64,000 bases of DNA from the IMG/VR virus record IMGVR_UViG_3300032116_022045. One strand, written 5' to 3'. The translations under genes were made by a program, and so were the position numbers. The first letter of the stretch is position 1; each line of letters starts with the position of its first letter. Positions 31,001 to 40,350 of this stretch are shown here, piece by piece. The notes below the pieces were generated by a model that was not told the DNA's origin, did not search any database, and saw nothing but the letters and a program-made list of their open reading frames with translations. This stretch comes from a virus (Duplodnaviria > Caudoviricetes).

Positions 31001-31180
31001 TATATTATTATTTGTGAATATATCACCAATAACTGAAACTGTACCTACACCTAACAATATGCTTGTATTACCACTACAAGATAATATAGCGTTTGAATAA
31101 ACGCCAGTACAAGCTGTAAATGTTGGTTCAAGATTATCTACTGTTTGTATTATAAATGTTTCGTTTATATTATAACTCAT
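25052..31180 (-). CDS. Giant tail fibre / surface appendage protein with internal repeats
   Basis: 2042 aa, Thr/Gly/Asn-rich, 14 copies of a DVxVTGGTY...NNTGGTF repeat, and a C-terminal region resembling a beta-helix (FGG...ASG.F.NC repeats). Confidence 0.8.
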   Translation of the reverse strand: MSYNINETFIIQTVDNLEPTFTACTGVYSNAILSCSGNTSILLGVGTVSVIGDIFTNNNINANNITASNYFSGSTQLSDIIDSNSLTGGTYNGQTLSLGLKNGSNISISGFTDIFVTGGTYSNGSITLINNSGGTFTINGLFTGNTDVFVTGGTYNSNTGIAIFTNNTGGTFTLSGFSTSTQFTGGTVTGATNFTGGITANTISATTYQNLPLDVFVTGGTYSNGNILFTNNTGGTFNITGLFTGNTDVFVTGGTYNPSTGVATFTNNTGGTFTINNFYTGATDVFVTGGTYSNGNILFTNNTGGTFNVTGLFTGNTDVFVTGGTYNPNTGIATFTNNTGGTFTVNNFYTGATDVFVTGGTYSNGSATFRNNTGGTFTLTGFYTGATDVFVTGGTYSNGNILFINNTGGTFNVTGLFTGNTDVFVTGGTYSNGSATFRNNTGGTFTINGFYTGATDVFVTGGTYNSNTGIANFINNTGGTFTLTGFTTQNSFNGVYLPLSGGTVTGATIFNSGLTANTINVTNYIDFNTGTTNPIAIGGRVFFDNGSKALSYYDILNNNVPIAMGQQLYTRVYNSTGSQINKGKVVTITGTSNGLPSIALAKNINTIYARRPVGLSAENIPNNSEGLIINNGILSGITLNNFSNGDILYLSDDNDGDYVSTTSSLSFNSRTNEIGYVIETGSTTGKIYVNINNEDNSLSLTSIERNILEGNVISTGVYEFTGLTKVSNTLFSIAPLKGWIVNNTYEKATLPEVINIIYSGTTGITTPYLSSSDATYVLINSASTVSLQNSFPTPQQRRQNIYLGKVVHPSRTTILNVNNTTDFDVSPMSALRDMWTSFKLINIGVIPSPNGANLNINISSGVLWGNGINWYADQLNPNSVTISGSSPATFAYRTQTGGTLGDTTTIDTTKYDVNGVVTDVPGAGAFTTQRIYLFPTGLIRIQYGQTHYPTLAKALAGIQSEVFVEYSNNRDNGILIGFLTVKDGATDLSNTNDAIFTLVSKFGEALGGTAGLSTTTLQQAYNNSPTPEIVINSTLGALTIQNGTGSPDLTTHLLEGQNTAGVITSFITAAGGFSGSSVSATTYYGLPIDVNVTGSTYSNNTFTFRNNTGGTFNVLFNTLTGLTINGNLSVTGNSNFNAVTATSVSNINYLGFNTSYTGTPNVGEISWNSDFGVPQVTMTGGNVIQKIGETVFSYVKNVDSVTLNKGDVVYIFGASGDKLSVKRASNTGDTTSSKTLGVVAETIAVNGLGYVITQGTLDGLNLGSYTEGDIVWLDSTPGGFTKTKQYAPYHLVFIGVVQRANAGNGQLYVKPQNGYELDELHNVIATGATYGDLLVYSAYNGYDVWVNTKTLNGSYTITGNTTIGGTLFSNTISATTYQNLPIDVTVTGGTYSNGNILFTNNTGGTFNVTGLFTGNTDVFVTGGTYSAGTAVFTNNTGGTFSVSGFSTSTGSGSDVFVTGGTYANGVTTFINNTGGTFTISGYQDGLAYSGESFLIVTVGSNQVTNGNNLKAAYTYATTRTPYGSALSNSNRYSIILQPGVYDIGSTTFTLSNNFIDIIGLSSDPNLAVIYSSGATVVTLGSITNYRLKNLTIENNANTTARLCIDGVNTTTRSNEEWNNIVFKYGPNAGVNTRIHNNSFTFSGRYSQIQLLTLAVGVGSTYPTDHVIMNLFSATGTTAAGTLSGSFNNIDLVCFFPNSNSIFNCITYNLFNATTLSGTFTNINYNTFTEIGAVNPVFPNRIDIGGISTTITGVFNNINVVTRHSNYPGLNIFGIAGATVSGTFKNINVNNLAQINGFGGNVNDGGFNTSSGYFENIYCFGTAVSIATETASGRFLNCIMTSSSNINRSFGGGSSGNASGEFINCTAISTGGGANASFGGNQGGFNGSNTASGRFINCMARSNSGAITSFGGFSHGSATGIFINCEATTSSGSEQRTFGGSTANGFSGTGLRINKTGQWTARVSGYVRDSEFIALGANQSAITQIQNNAKLTGIRAISTGSGLSLNATTTVSASTYLCAFNTTPFSGITNFVTTPYNVIDANI
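29714..30844 (-). repeat. Array of ten 34-36-aa coding repeats (DVFVTGGTY...NNTGGTF)
   Basis: Seen directly in both the translation and the DNA. Four more copies lie at about 27820-27916 and 26732-27034. Confidence 0.92.
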
Positions 31181-32238
31181 GATGTTGTAGTTCCGTTTAA
31201 AACAAATTTTCCAGTTGTTAAATAATTTTTAAATACTTGTATATCTATTAAATCATTATTACTGAAAATTAATGGGGTTGTCAATACTGTACCATCAAAT
31301 ATTACAGAATTATTTCTTCTTATAATTATTCTACTAATATTTTCAATAGTATCTAAACTATTTAATATGGTTTCGTATTGAGCATTAAAATTAAATCTTG
31401 GGAATGATTTTGGTTTAAAAACGAATGTTAATTGAATAGTATTACCAACTCTTAATGGTTCAAATATAACGTCATTATATAATAATCTTTCATCTGTTTC
31501 AAGTGTTGTTACAACTCTATTTAATGTTGGAACAACTTCAAAATCATCTTCATTAACCAAATAACCTAAAAGTTTAATTTCAAATGATTGAACATAAAAA
31601 CGAGTTTCTTCAAATTCGTTAATATTACTTTCATCACTAATACCTTCTAATAAAAGTGGCATTGGATGACCTTTAACATTTATATAACATTGTCTAGATT
31701 GGAAAGCTCTTTGAATTAAACCATTAAATTTATTAAGGTCTTTCATTCTATTTGTAAATATTCTAACATTGTATGTTATATCAACAGAAACTGGTTGTGG
31801 TATCTTATATAAATCGACACCTTTCCTTACACCATCCCATGTTGGTACTTTCATATAGGTATATGTTCTATATGGTGGGATATTATATAAACCAGCTTGA
31901 TTTTGACCTTGTTGAATATCTGGTTGTCTAACAACAGTTATAAATGGTAAATCTATATTTCTGTATTCATCAGCAAATTGCCAAGTTTTTGTGAATTCAC
32001 TCCATCTTTGTATTGTTAAAAAGATAACTGGAATTTTTCTACCATCAATACTTAAATAAACTCTTTCATCATTATTAAAGAAATCTAAAAAAGCTTCATC
32101 CATGTCTTCTTCATTAACACCTCTAGGTAAAAAAGTACCATTTGATGAAATATCATCAAGAATCTCTTGTCTTCTTTCAAAACCTATTTTTTGGTTTAAT
32201 ATATTAATATTATTTCTATATCCTTTAGGTAAAGCCAT
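31177..32238 (-). CDS. Tail terminator / sheath stabiliser (gp15-like)
   Basis: DMDEAFLDF, LPFITVVR, IPQPVSVDITYNVRIFT...DLNKF, next to the neck gene. Confidence 0.62.
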   Translation of the reverse strand: MALPKGYRNNINILNQKIGFERRQEILDDISSNGTFLPRGVNEEDMDEAFLDFFNNDERVYLSIDGRKIPVIFLTIQRWSEFTKTWQFADEYRNIDLPFITVVRQPDIQQGQNQAGLYNIPPYRTYTYMKVPTWDGVRKGVDLYKIPQPVSVDITYNVRIFTNRMKDLNKFNGLIQRAFQSRQCYINVKGHPMPLLLEGISDESNINEFEETRFYVQSFEIKLLGYLVNEDDFEVVPTLNRVVTTLETDERLLYNDVIFEPLRVGNTIQLTFVFKPKSFPRFNFNAQYETILNSLDTIENISRIIIRRNNSVIFDGTVLTTPLIFSNNDLIDIQVFKNYLTTGKFVLNGTTTS

Positions 32239-32241
32239 TTA

Positions 32242-32760
32242 TTAAAAACCTCTAAATTCATCACTAGTTACAGCGGCACAAACTATTGTTCTAAATGCAC
32301 CTCTATAACCCATTATAGTATGTTTATTATCGTAATTTTTTAAGTTATCATTAACAACACTAAAATATCTTATCTCTTTTTCAGTTATTGGATAACCGAT
32401 ATAATCACCATAATTAATATCAACATTAAGTTCGTTTAATTGAGCTGAATGTACGCTAAATGTAAACTTACCATCATAAATATACCTTAAACTACCATTG
32501 TCATTATATGTGTTATTTATTGGTTCATCAGCAATTGGTAACACTTTTAATTCAATAGGCGGAAAAAATCTAATACCATCAACTGATGCTTCACCATAAA
32601 CATTATCAAATTCAGTTAATTGTCTATCAACTTTATATAAAATAACAGTAAAATTACCATCGCCCTCAATGGCTTCTCTAGACATGCTGATTTCTAAATT
32701 GAAGTCTTCTTCTGAAAACCATTTATTAATTCTTGTTATAGGTACTTGTTTATTTGACAT
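32242..32760 (-). CDS. Neck / head-closure protein (gp14-like)
   Basis: VILYKVD...DNVYGEA...FFPPIEL...INYGDYIGY. Confidence 0.65.
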   Translation of the reverse strand: MSNKQVPITRINKWFSEEDFNLEISMSREAIEGDGNFTVILYKVDRQLTEFDNVYGEASVDGIRFFPPIELKVLPIADEPINNTYNDNGSLRYIYDGKFTFSVHSAQLNELNVDINYGDYIGYPITEKEIRYFSVVNDNLKNYDNKHTIMGYRGAFRTIVCAAVTSDEFRGF

Positions 32761-32773
32761 AATGATATTTTAA

Positions 32774-32782
32774 TATAAATAC
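32774..32782 (-). promoter_or_regulatory. Putative late promoter (GTATTTATA)
   Basis: Motif 13 nt upstream of the neck gene ATG. Confidence 0.5.
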
Positions 32783-32860
32783 TTGCAATTAGGTTAATAA
32801 TAATCAATTGTTGATTTTTTTTTACCAGGTATTATATTTAATATAACAATTCATTAAAAA

Positions 32861-35191
32861 ATGATTAATTTAGATGATATTAGAGGTCGTTCAGCACTAG
32901 ATTTATTAAAAAATTATAGTGGGATAAATCCATATATAATAAAATTGAAACAAGATTTATTAAAAAATAATAAAATAAAATTAACGGATAATCAAACAAA
33001 ATATGTTGCTGATAATCACGATAAAGAACCAATATTTATTAATAGAGTAGTAAGAATAACAAGCTATTTAGGTGAAGAATTAAAAAGAGTTGATGAATTA
33101 TCATTTACACCAGAAAAAATATTAATAGAATTTATTTTAGCTGAAACAAATAAAACGTTTCATATTTATGGTAAATTAACAAAAAAACAAAAAGAATCTA
33201 GATTATATTGGATTCCAAAAACACAAGTTATTGATGACCCTTATTTTGAAAATTTAGATGTTAATGTAGATTTTGAAAAGTATAATACAATACTAGAAAA
33301 ATACGGTAAAAAATTATATAAACACCAAGAAGATGGTATTAAATTTTTATTATCTAGAAATGGTTGTATATTAGCTGACGACATGGGCCTTGGGAAAACG
33401 ATTCAAACAATAATTGCAGCTTTAGAAACTGGATTAGAAAGAATTTTAATCGTATGCCCAACATCAGCAAAAATTAATTGGCAAAGAGAAATAAATATTT
33501 TTTGTGATAAAACAGCAATCGTAGAAGGAAAAAGATGGAAAAAATCTAAATTCACTATTATTAATTTTGATATTTTAAAAAATTTTCATACTTTAGTTGA
33601 TGGTAGAAAAATAAATACTTATGAAGGTGAAATAAATAGAGAATTAGCAAACGCTAATTTTGATTTAATTATTGTTGATGAAGCACATAATTTAAAAAAT
33701 GCTAATAGCATAAGAGGTAAAATATTATTAGAGTTAGCAACAAAGTATAATGTTAGTAAAACATGGTTATTAACTGGTACACCAGTGGCAAATAGACCAA
33801 TGGATTTCTTTAATTTGTTGCGTATAATCAAGTCACCAATAACAGATAATTGGCAACACTTCGCTACTAGATATTGTGATGCAAAAAAGATGTTTAAAAC
33901 GCTTAAAAACGGTAAAAAGAAAAAAATATGGATAACTGATGGTGCATCTAATTTGGAAGAATTATCACAACGAACAAAAAATATTTTATTAAGGCGTTTA
34001 AAAAATGATGTGTTGGATATGCCAGATAAAATAATAACACCAATGTATTATCAACTTGATAGCTCTTCAAATATAGAATATAATCAATTATGGGATGATT
34101 ATCTAACAAAAAGAGAAATAGAAGGTAAAGGAGAAATAGATTTACAGAAAGAACTAGTTGAATTAATATTATTAAGAAAATTTATTGCGGAAAAAGCGAT
34201 ACCATATACAATAGAATTAGTTGAAAATGCTATTGAAATGGATAAAAAGGTAATTGTATTCACATCATTTAATGATGAATTAAATATGTTATCTGAACAT
34301 TTTGGTAAATTAGCTGTATGTCATAATGGTTCAATGACAACAAAAGAAAAACAAGCTTCTGTAGATTCTTTTCAAAACAATCCAAAGGTAAAAGTTTTTA
34401 TTGGTAATATTAAATCAGCTGGCGTTGCAATTACATTAACTGAAGCAACAGTTGTTGTATTTAATTCTTTTGATTGGGTGCCAGGAAATAATGAACAAGC
34501 AGAAGATAGATGTGTATTTGCTGGTCAATTAATTATGACAGATAAAGGGTTTAGAAAAATAGAAGACATACAAGTTGGCGATACTGTATACACTCATTTA
34601 GGTAACTTTAAAACTGTTTTAGCCACGCATAGTCATTTAGAAAAAACTAAAGCAAGAATAGATATCACATCAATAGGTTATAATAAGACACTATCATTAA
34701 CTGAAGACCATAAACTTTATATTTATGATAAAGAACTTAACCTTTTTTATTGGGTTAGGGCTAAATTTTTAGATATTAATAAACATTTATTAACATTAAA
34801 AAATAATAAAGAATTATTTGAAATTGATGGTTATAATTCTATACTACAAGATAGTGAACCTATATTAAAAAATGATTATTTATTGTATCCAATATTAAGT
34901 TTGCATGTTAGCAAACCAAAAAAAGGTGAAGAATTAGTATATGACTTATCAGTTGAAGATGACCATTCTTTTGTTGTAGGTAATTATAATGTACATAATT
35001 GTTATAGAATAGGGCAAAAAAATAATGTTAATATTTACTATCAAATATTTGAAGATACTATATCAATAACGATGTGGGATGTGTTAAAAAATAAAAAAGA
35101 TGTAATTTCAACAATTATTGGTGATAAAAACATAACCGATGAAGAAATATCAAAAACAATAATAGATAATATAATTAATAATAAATTATGA
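32861..35191 (+). CDS. SNF2-family helicase/ATPase containing an intein
   Basis: LADDMGLGKT, DEAH, LTGTP..NRPMD, GVAITLT, and motif VI QAEDR/CYRIGQ split by the intein. Confidence 0.92.
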   Translation: MINLDDIRGRSALDLLKNYSGINPYIIKLKQDLLKNNKIKLTDNQTKYVADNHDKEPIFINRVVRITSYLGEELKRVDELSFTPEKILIEFILAETNKTFHIYGKLTKKQKESRLYWIPKTQVIDDPYFENLDVNVDFEKYNTILEKYGKKLYKHQEDGIKFLLSRNGCILADDMGLGKTIQTIIAALETGLERILIVCPTSAKINWQREINIFCDKTAIVEGKRWKKSKFTIINFDILKNFHTLVDGRKINTYEGEINRELANANFDLIIVDEAHNLKNANSIRGKILLELATKYNVSKTWLLTGTPVANRPMDFFNLLRIIKSPITDNWQHFATRYCDAKKMFKTLKNGKKKKIWITDGASNLEELSQRTKNILLRRLKNDVLDMPDKIITPMYYQLDSSSNIEYNQLWDDYLTKREIEGKGEIDLQKELVELILLRKFIAEKAIPYTIELVENAIEMDKKVIVFTSFNDELNMLSEHFGKLAVCHNGSMTTKEKQASVDSFQNNPKVKVFIGNIKSAGVAITLTEATVVVFNSFDWVPGNNEQAEDRCVFAGQLIMTDKGFRKIEDIQVGDTVYTHLGNFKTVLATHSHLEKTKARIDITSIGYNKTLSLTEDHKLYIYDKELNLFYWVRAKFLDINKHLLTLKNNKELFEIDGYNSILQDSEPILKNDYLLYPILSLHVSKPKKGEELVYDLSVEDDHSFVVGNYNVHNCYRIGQKNNVNIYYQIFEDTISITMWDVLKNKKDVISTIIGDKNITDEEISKTIIDNIINNKL
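34511..34999 (+). mobile_element. 163-aa mini-intein (no homing endonuclease)
   Basis: Begins CVFAGQLIMT (Cys1), has block B LTEDHKL, ends VYDLSVEDDHSFVVGNYNVHN followed by Cys+1. Removal restores QAEDRCYRIGQ. Confidence 0.93.
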
Positions 35192-35454
35192 TTAGAGTTT
35201 ATAGTATACCAGACTGTCCTTATTGTACAAAAATAAAGGATTTATTAACTAGTGAAAATATCCCTTTTAGAGATATTAATATTTATTTACCAGAAAATAA
35301 AGAAGAATCTGATAAATTATTTGAATTAACAAAATCAGACCAAGTACCTATTTTAATAGTTGAAAAACAAATATTATTACCTGATGTTAGTTTTACTACT
35401 ATTGATGAATGTTTTAATATTGTGAAAAAACTGTTGAATAAAGAAAATAATTAA
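35188..35454 (+). CDS. Glutaredoxin / NrdH-like redoxin
   Basis: CPYC active site and QVP motif, with an ATGA overlap with the helicase stop. Confidence 0.88.
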   Translation: MIRVYSIPDCPYCTKIKDLLTSENIPFRDINIYLPENKEESDKLFELTKSDQVPILIVEKQILLPDVSFTTIDECFNIVKKLLNKENN

Positions 35455-35473
35455 TTATTTTATTTTTTTTTAG

Positions 35474-35482
35474 ATATTTATA
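35474..35482 (+). promoter_or_regulatory. Putative late promoter (ATATTTATA)
   Basis: Motif 15 nt upstream of the ATG at 35498. Confidence 0.5.
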
Positions 35483-35497
35483 ATAAAAATAAATATC

Positions 35498-36640
35498 ATG
35501 TCAATAACAACTCAAGAACAAGAAAAACTATTTAGACAATTTAAACACTCTGTTGGTGCGCCAATAAGACAAATAGAATTAACTGATGAACAATTATGTA
35601 CATTGTTAGAGATAGCTATTGAAGATTACAGTCAAATAGTACAAGATTGGTTAATAGAACATCAATGGCAATCTTTATTGGGTAAAAATGTTACTACATT
35701 AGATATGACATTTGCACTTAGTTATAGGTCATTTGACTCTGTAACACAAGCAACCTATGCTTACTCAAAACAAGTAGGTTTACAATCAAATGGTCCTTGG
35801 GAATTAAAGAAAGATTATGTAGAATTACAAGCTGGTAGACAAGTATATCAAATACCAGCTGGACGTGAAATAAATGAAGTATTATGGATAACACCACCAC
35901 CAATTAATCAAGCATTATTGGCTAATTATGGTGGTATTGATTATGGTTTTGGTGGTGGTTTCTCACAAGTTGGTGGTGGAACTGGAACAGGTGGACCAGG
36001 TTTTTCCAGAATGGGTTATTATATCGCACCAGCATTTGATATTTTATTGACTGCTGCTGATATGAATTTAAAAAATAGAATAATTAGAAGTGAATTAGTT
36101 TATAAAGTAACTGCTGGTCCAAATGGTACTAAATTATTACATTTATTATCAACACCAGGTTCAAGATATACATTTGGTCAACAAATAGGTGGTGTAGGTA
36201 GCACAATTAATTTAACTGGTTGTCAAGTATGGTATTTTTATTATGATACAACACCAGAAAACGTTAATCAATGTTTGGCTGAAAACCCTGATATCATTAG
36301 ATATCCAAATCAAGTTAATTTAGCTACATTAGATTATTCTTCTTTTAACCAACCTACAAAAGCTATCATACGTCAGTTATTTATCGCTGAAGCTAAAAAA
36401 GCATTGGGAAGGGTCAGAGGTAAATTTGGTGGTGTTGTAGGGCCTCCTGAAGCGGAAAGAACTATGGATTATGAGAGTTTAATATCAGAAGGTAACGAAG
36501 AAAGAAAAGCTGTTATGGAAAAACTTGAAGAAAGGTTAACAAGGTTTACCACAACGTCACAGCTGGAAAGGGCAGCTAACGAAGCTGAACAATTAAACAA
36601 ACATTTAAAACATAGACCATTAGGTTTTTGGGTGTACTAA
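35498..36640 (+). CDS. Neck / head-tail adaptor protein (gp13-like)
   Basis: VGAPIRQIELTDEQL...AIEDY, and C-terminal AEAKKALGRVRGKFGG...MDYESLISEG. Confidence 0.72.
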   Translation: MSITTQEQEKLFRQFKHSVGAPIRQIELTDEQLCTLLEIAIEDYSQIVQDWLIEHQWQSLLGKNVTTLDMTFALSYRSFDSVTQATYAYSKQVGLQSNGPWELKKDYVELQAGRQVYQIPAGREINEVLWITPPPINQALLANYGGIDYGFGGGFSQVGGGTGTGGPGFSRMGYYIAPAFDILLTAADMNLKNRIIRSELVYKVTAGPNGTKLLHLLSTPGSRYTFGQQIGGVGSTINLTGCQVWYFYYDTTPENVNQCLAENPDIIRYPNQVNLATLDYSSFNQPTKAIIRQLFIAEAKKALGRVRGKFGGVVGPPEAERTMDYESLISEGNEERKAVMEKLEERLTRFTTTSQLERAANEAEQLNKHLKHRPLGFWVY

Positions 36641-39600
36641 AAACCCCATTCATCTACTTCATCTATTGTTATAACAGGTTCAGAAATTTCTTCTATATTT
36701 TCAGCGAATGTATCATCATATTCGTCTTCCAATATAATATCTTCATTATATTTTTCATCAATTATTTCATCTGATTCTATATCATCAGAATCTTCATCTG
36801 TGTCTACATCTTTTATGGTCATAACTTCTTTTTCTTCATCTATTTCATTGTTTACAGTCAATTTTATTTCACTAATTGATGTTAACTTAGTTGTAGCTGA
36901 AAAGATGTCATCATAACCGTTTAAAAGAGATTTTGAAATAACATAATTAATCCATTGTTCGTATTTATCTTTATGTTTTTCTATTTTATGCTCTTTATAG
37001 TATTCATTTCTATCAATTGCAATAGATTCATATTTAAAAATGTCTTCTATTGGACATAATGGTTCTTCCCATTTATTTGAAACAAGCATATAAGGTGCTT
37101 CTGTTGATATATTAGCAATTATAGATATTGTTTTTGGTAATACATTTGTTTTGATTATATCTTGTAAATCAATAACTTCTAGTTTTCTAAAAATATCATC
37201 TAATTTAGCTTTTTCTGAAACAATACCATCTGCTTTTTCTTTAATCATTCTTTGAATGTAATCTTTTCTTATGGTATCCCATTCATCTGCTTCCATATAA
37301 TTTGGTTGTTTATTAACGCTATCCCAGAATCTTATTTCTTTATCTTCCATAGTCATAAGTTTTTCATAAGAATCTTGGTCAACTTCTTTAAATGGCATAC
37401 CTGAAACAAGTTCACATTGTTCTTTTTCAAAAATATGTTTAGGTTTTAGTTTTTCAGTCACTTGTTTTGTTTCTGGGTTTTTAACTTTAACCGTTGTTAT
37501 TAAAATATCTTTTCTAACATCTGGATGAAAACAGACTAATAGTGGTTTAACCTTTTTATTAAAGGCTTCTAAGTATCTAAGTACGTTATATTCATCTATA
37601 TATAGATTATCATTTAATTGATTAATGGTTTCAATTAATGATTTATATTCTTCAGAATCTGGTGATAAGATATTTAAACTTAATTTTAGACTTTCTATTT
37701 CTTTAATTGTTTCTAAATCTTGTTCAACACGTAATGAATCAATTAATTTACAATTCAATTCTGTTTTTGTTGTGAAATTTGGTTCATGACCATGCAGTTC
37801 AACATATTCCTTAACTGCTTTTTTAGACATCTTATCACGTCTAATAGTTTTTAAGTCACCTTGACCTTTTTTAGTACCAATATTAACATAGTATATTGTA
37901 TCACCCAAATCAACATCTATTTCATTTTTAACAACAAGTTCCATATGAGCTTGTTTTGGCATTGGATTACCAGCTTTATTTTTTAATTTAGCTTTTTTTA
38001 GATAATCAGTTACGTTTATTTTAACTTTAGATTTACTAGCTATTTTAACTAATGGTATTTGATAGTTATATATTTTGTCAACATATTCTTGGTAATAGTT
38101 TATGAATTTATAACCTTCACCATCCAATAACATTCTTATACCATTATTAATAAATTCTTCAATATAAAGTGGCATTTTTTTAGATTTGATTGAGTTACCA
38201 ACCAATTTTATTTTACCATCAATATCATTAGCATAATTTTTTCTTGCGAAGTTAATCGTAGAATTACAGATATCGTCAATATCAAGACCCATTCTACCTT
38301 CCATGTATTCTTCATTAAATTCTGCAAGAACTGCTTCAAGACCAACCAATTCTTTTCCAGCATCATTAACTGTTTTCCAATGGTTACCTTTTGCAACATA
38401 TTTAATATCATTAACATTATCTGGGAAAGAAAAATTACAACCATCTGTATCTAAAACTAACGGTTTAAAATTATATTTCTCAGTAAAATGTCTAACCATC
38501 AAACGTAAACTCTGTCTACCACGACAAGTAGTTTCTTCAGCAGAATTTGTATCACCCCAATTAAAAATATATGGTGCGCCATATGAACCAAACCATGAGT
38601 TAGCCAATATTTTAAGTGGTAATTGTTTTTTATCGAATAAATTTGATAAGAATTTATTCTCATCAATTTCTTTAATTATTTCATTTATTGATATTTTTTC
38701 ATTCTTAAGTTTTTCTTGTAGTTTTTTGACTATTTTTTTGTGTTTACCAGTTAAGAATTTAAACTCATCTCTGGTATCAACAACATAGGTCAAAATACCA
38801 CGCATAACGCCAGATATATCCAAATCTGGGAATATACCCCAAGTTAACTGTGTCTTTGGATATAGGGCAGCAAAATCAAGTTTAACGACATTTTTAGCAT
38901 AACCAACCTGAAGAAGTCTTGATAAACCACCAGTAAACTCTCTCTTTTTTTGTGTTTCAGGTATTGCTAAGTCATTTTGATATGACCATGCGGCCATAAT
39001 TAATTTCCATTGACCAGCAGTACCCATTGTTGATGAACGCATAAAACTGGTTGGTAATATTTTTGATAATAAAAATGATGCTTGATTAAATATATTATCT
39101 ATTTGTTCAGTTTCCCATAAGTCATCATAAAGATATCTTTTAATAACATAATCACCAGTTACAATTTCATAATTTTCTTTTAATGGTCTTTTTTCAGATA
39201 TCACATACCAGTCACCAGTATTTTCATTAAAAGCGTATTGATTCTTTTTATCAACCCATGTTGAGTTAATTTTATCGCCTGGTACATAAACACGATTTTC
39301 TTTAGCTATTTCAGAATATTTTGTAATATATTTAAGTGTCCAACTTTTAATATCTGAGTTAATAGACATTGCTCTACGAACAGCATGTGATATATCTATA
39401 ATATTATATCCATACATGTATGTTTGTTTATATTTTTCAGTTTCGCTACCTAACTTTAATGTTGAATCTCTTCTATATATCTTATGATATGGACTTAAAG
39501 TTTTTGCTATCTCAGTTATTGGTATATTTAATCGTTCACATCGTTCAAATAAAAACTTCCAATCAAATGATTCTGAGTTATAACCTGTAATAATATCTGG

Positions 39601-40281
39601 TTTTAGAGCATCAATTAAATGAAAAAATTTAATTATATTACTTCTTTCAGAATTTCTTCTTTCTTGTGGTGTATTACCAGTTGTTTCTAAAATAATTTTA
39701 GAATTTCGATTATCACTAACCCCTATTTGAAATATAGCATGTTTACTAGCAACAAGACCTTCTGTCTCTAAGTCAAATTGTAATCTATGAAGGTCATTAT
39801 AATCATCAAAACCTTTGAAAAGTCTTTTACCTGTTTGTATAAAAAATTGTTCAACAGGTGAAAACATAACAAAATATTTTTTATATGTCTCATTAAAGAC
39901 ATCAACACCACCTTCTTTAAAAAATTGTATTAAATCGTTATAAGAATTTTTACATTTAGCGATAAATTTATAACCATTCTCCATCCTTTCTGGTGTATAA
40001 CCTTCAGGATTACTAGTCTTTAATCTAGTAATTTTCACATCAAATTTTTTTGATGCTTCATATATTTTAACTCTATTACCTTTATATAATACTTTAACAA
40101 CTTCTTCTTTAAACCATAAAAAAGGCACAAACTTGTGGTTCTCAATGTATTTACCCTTATCTGGGTCATTAATTATTAAACTTATAATTGGTTTTCCATA
40201 TTGCGGTTCTGCTGCTACAATATATTTTTGTGGGTCTGAACCATGTAAAAAATCTTCAATTATTTCTTTATTGATATCCAT
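36637..40281 (-). CDS. polB: Family B DNA polymerase
   Basis: ExoI FDLETEG, ExoII YNSESFDW, ExoIII YLYDD, region II LDFAALYP, region III KILANSWFG, region I LDTDG, plus an acidic C-terminal extension. Confidence 0.95.
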   Translation of the reverse strand: MDINKEIIEDFLHGSDPQKYIVAAEPQYGKPIISLIINDPDKGKYIENHKFVPFLWFKEEVVKVLYKGNRVKIYEASKKFDVKITRLKTSNPEGYTPERMENGYKFIAKCKNSYNDLIQFFKEGGVDVFNETYKKYFVMFSPVEQFFIQTGKRLFKGFDDYNDLHRLQFDLETEGLVASKHAIFQIGVSDNRNSKIILETTGNTPQERRNSERSNIIKFFHLIDALKPDIITGYNSESFDWKFLFERCERLNIPITEIAKTLSPYHKIYRRDSTLKLGSETEKYKQTYMYGYNIIDISHAVRRAMSINSDIKSWTLKYITKYSEIAKENRVYVPGDKINSTWVDKKNQYAFNENTGDWYVISEKRPLKENYEIVTGDYVIKRYLYDDLWETEQIDNIFNQASFLLSKILPTSFMRSSTMGTAGQWKLIMAAWSYQNDLAIPETQKKREFTGGLSRLLQVGYAKNVVKLDFAALYPKTQLTWGIFPDLDISGVMRGILTYVVDTRDEFKFLTGKHKKIVKKLQEKLKNEKISINEIIKEIDENKFLSNLFDKKQLPLKILANSWFGSYGAPYIFNWGDTNSAEETTCRGRQSLRLMVRHFTEKYNFKPLVLDTDGCNFSFPDNVNDIKYVAKGNHWKTVNDAGKELVGLEAVLAEFNEEYMEGRMGLDIDDICNSTINFARKNYANDIDGKIKLVGNSIKSKKMPLYIEEFINNGIRMLLDGEGYKFINYYQEYVDKIYNYQIPLVKIASKSKVKINVTDYLKKAKLKNKAGNPMPKQAHMELVVKNEIDVDLGDTIYYVNIGTKKGQGDLKTIRRDKMSKKAVKEYVELHGHEPNFTTKTELNCKLIDSLRVEQDLETIKEIESLKLSLNILSPDSEEYKSLIETINQLNDNLYIDEYNVLRYLEAFNKKVKPLLVCFHPDVRKDILITTVKVKNPETKQVTEKLKPKHIFEKEQCELVSGMPFKEVDQDSYEKLMTMEDKEIRFWDSVNKQPNYMEADEWDTIRKDYIQRMIKEKADGIVSEKAKLDDIFRKLEVIDLQDIIKTNVLPKTISIIANISTEAPYMLVSNKWEEPLCPIEDIFKYESIAIDRNEYYKEHKIEKHKDKYEQWINYVISKSLLNGYDDIFSATTKLTSISEIKLTVNNEIDEEKEVMTIKDVDTDEDSDDIESDEIIDEKYNEDIILEDEYDDTFAENIEEISEPVITIDEVDEWGF

Positions 40282-40297
40282 ATAAGTTATATTTTAA

Positions 40298-40328
40298 CAA
40301 ATATACTAAATAGATAGTAGAAACACAA
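40298..40328 (-). promoter_or_regulatory. Bacteroidota sigma70-type promoter for the DNA polymerase gene
   Basis: TTG-N20-TATATTTG on the coding strand. Confidence 0.7.
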
Positions 40329-40350
40329 CAATAAACATAAAAAAAAAATT

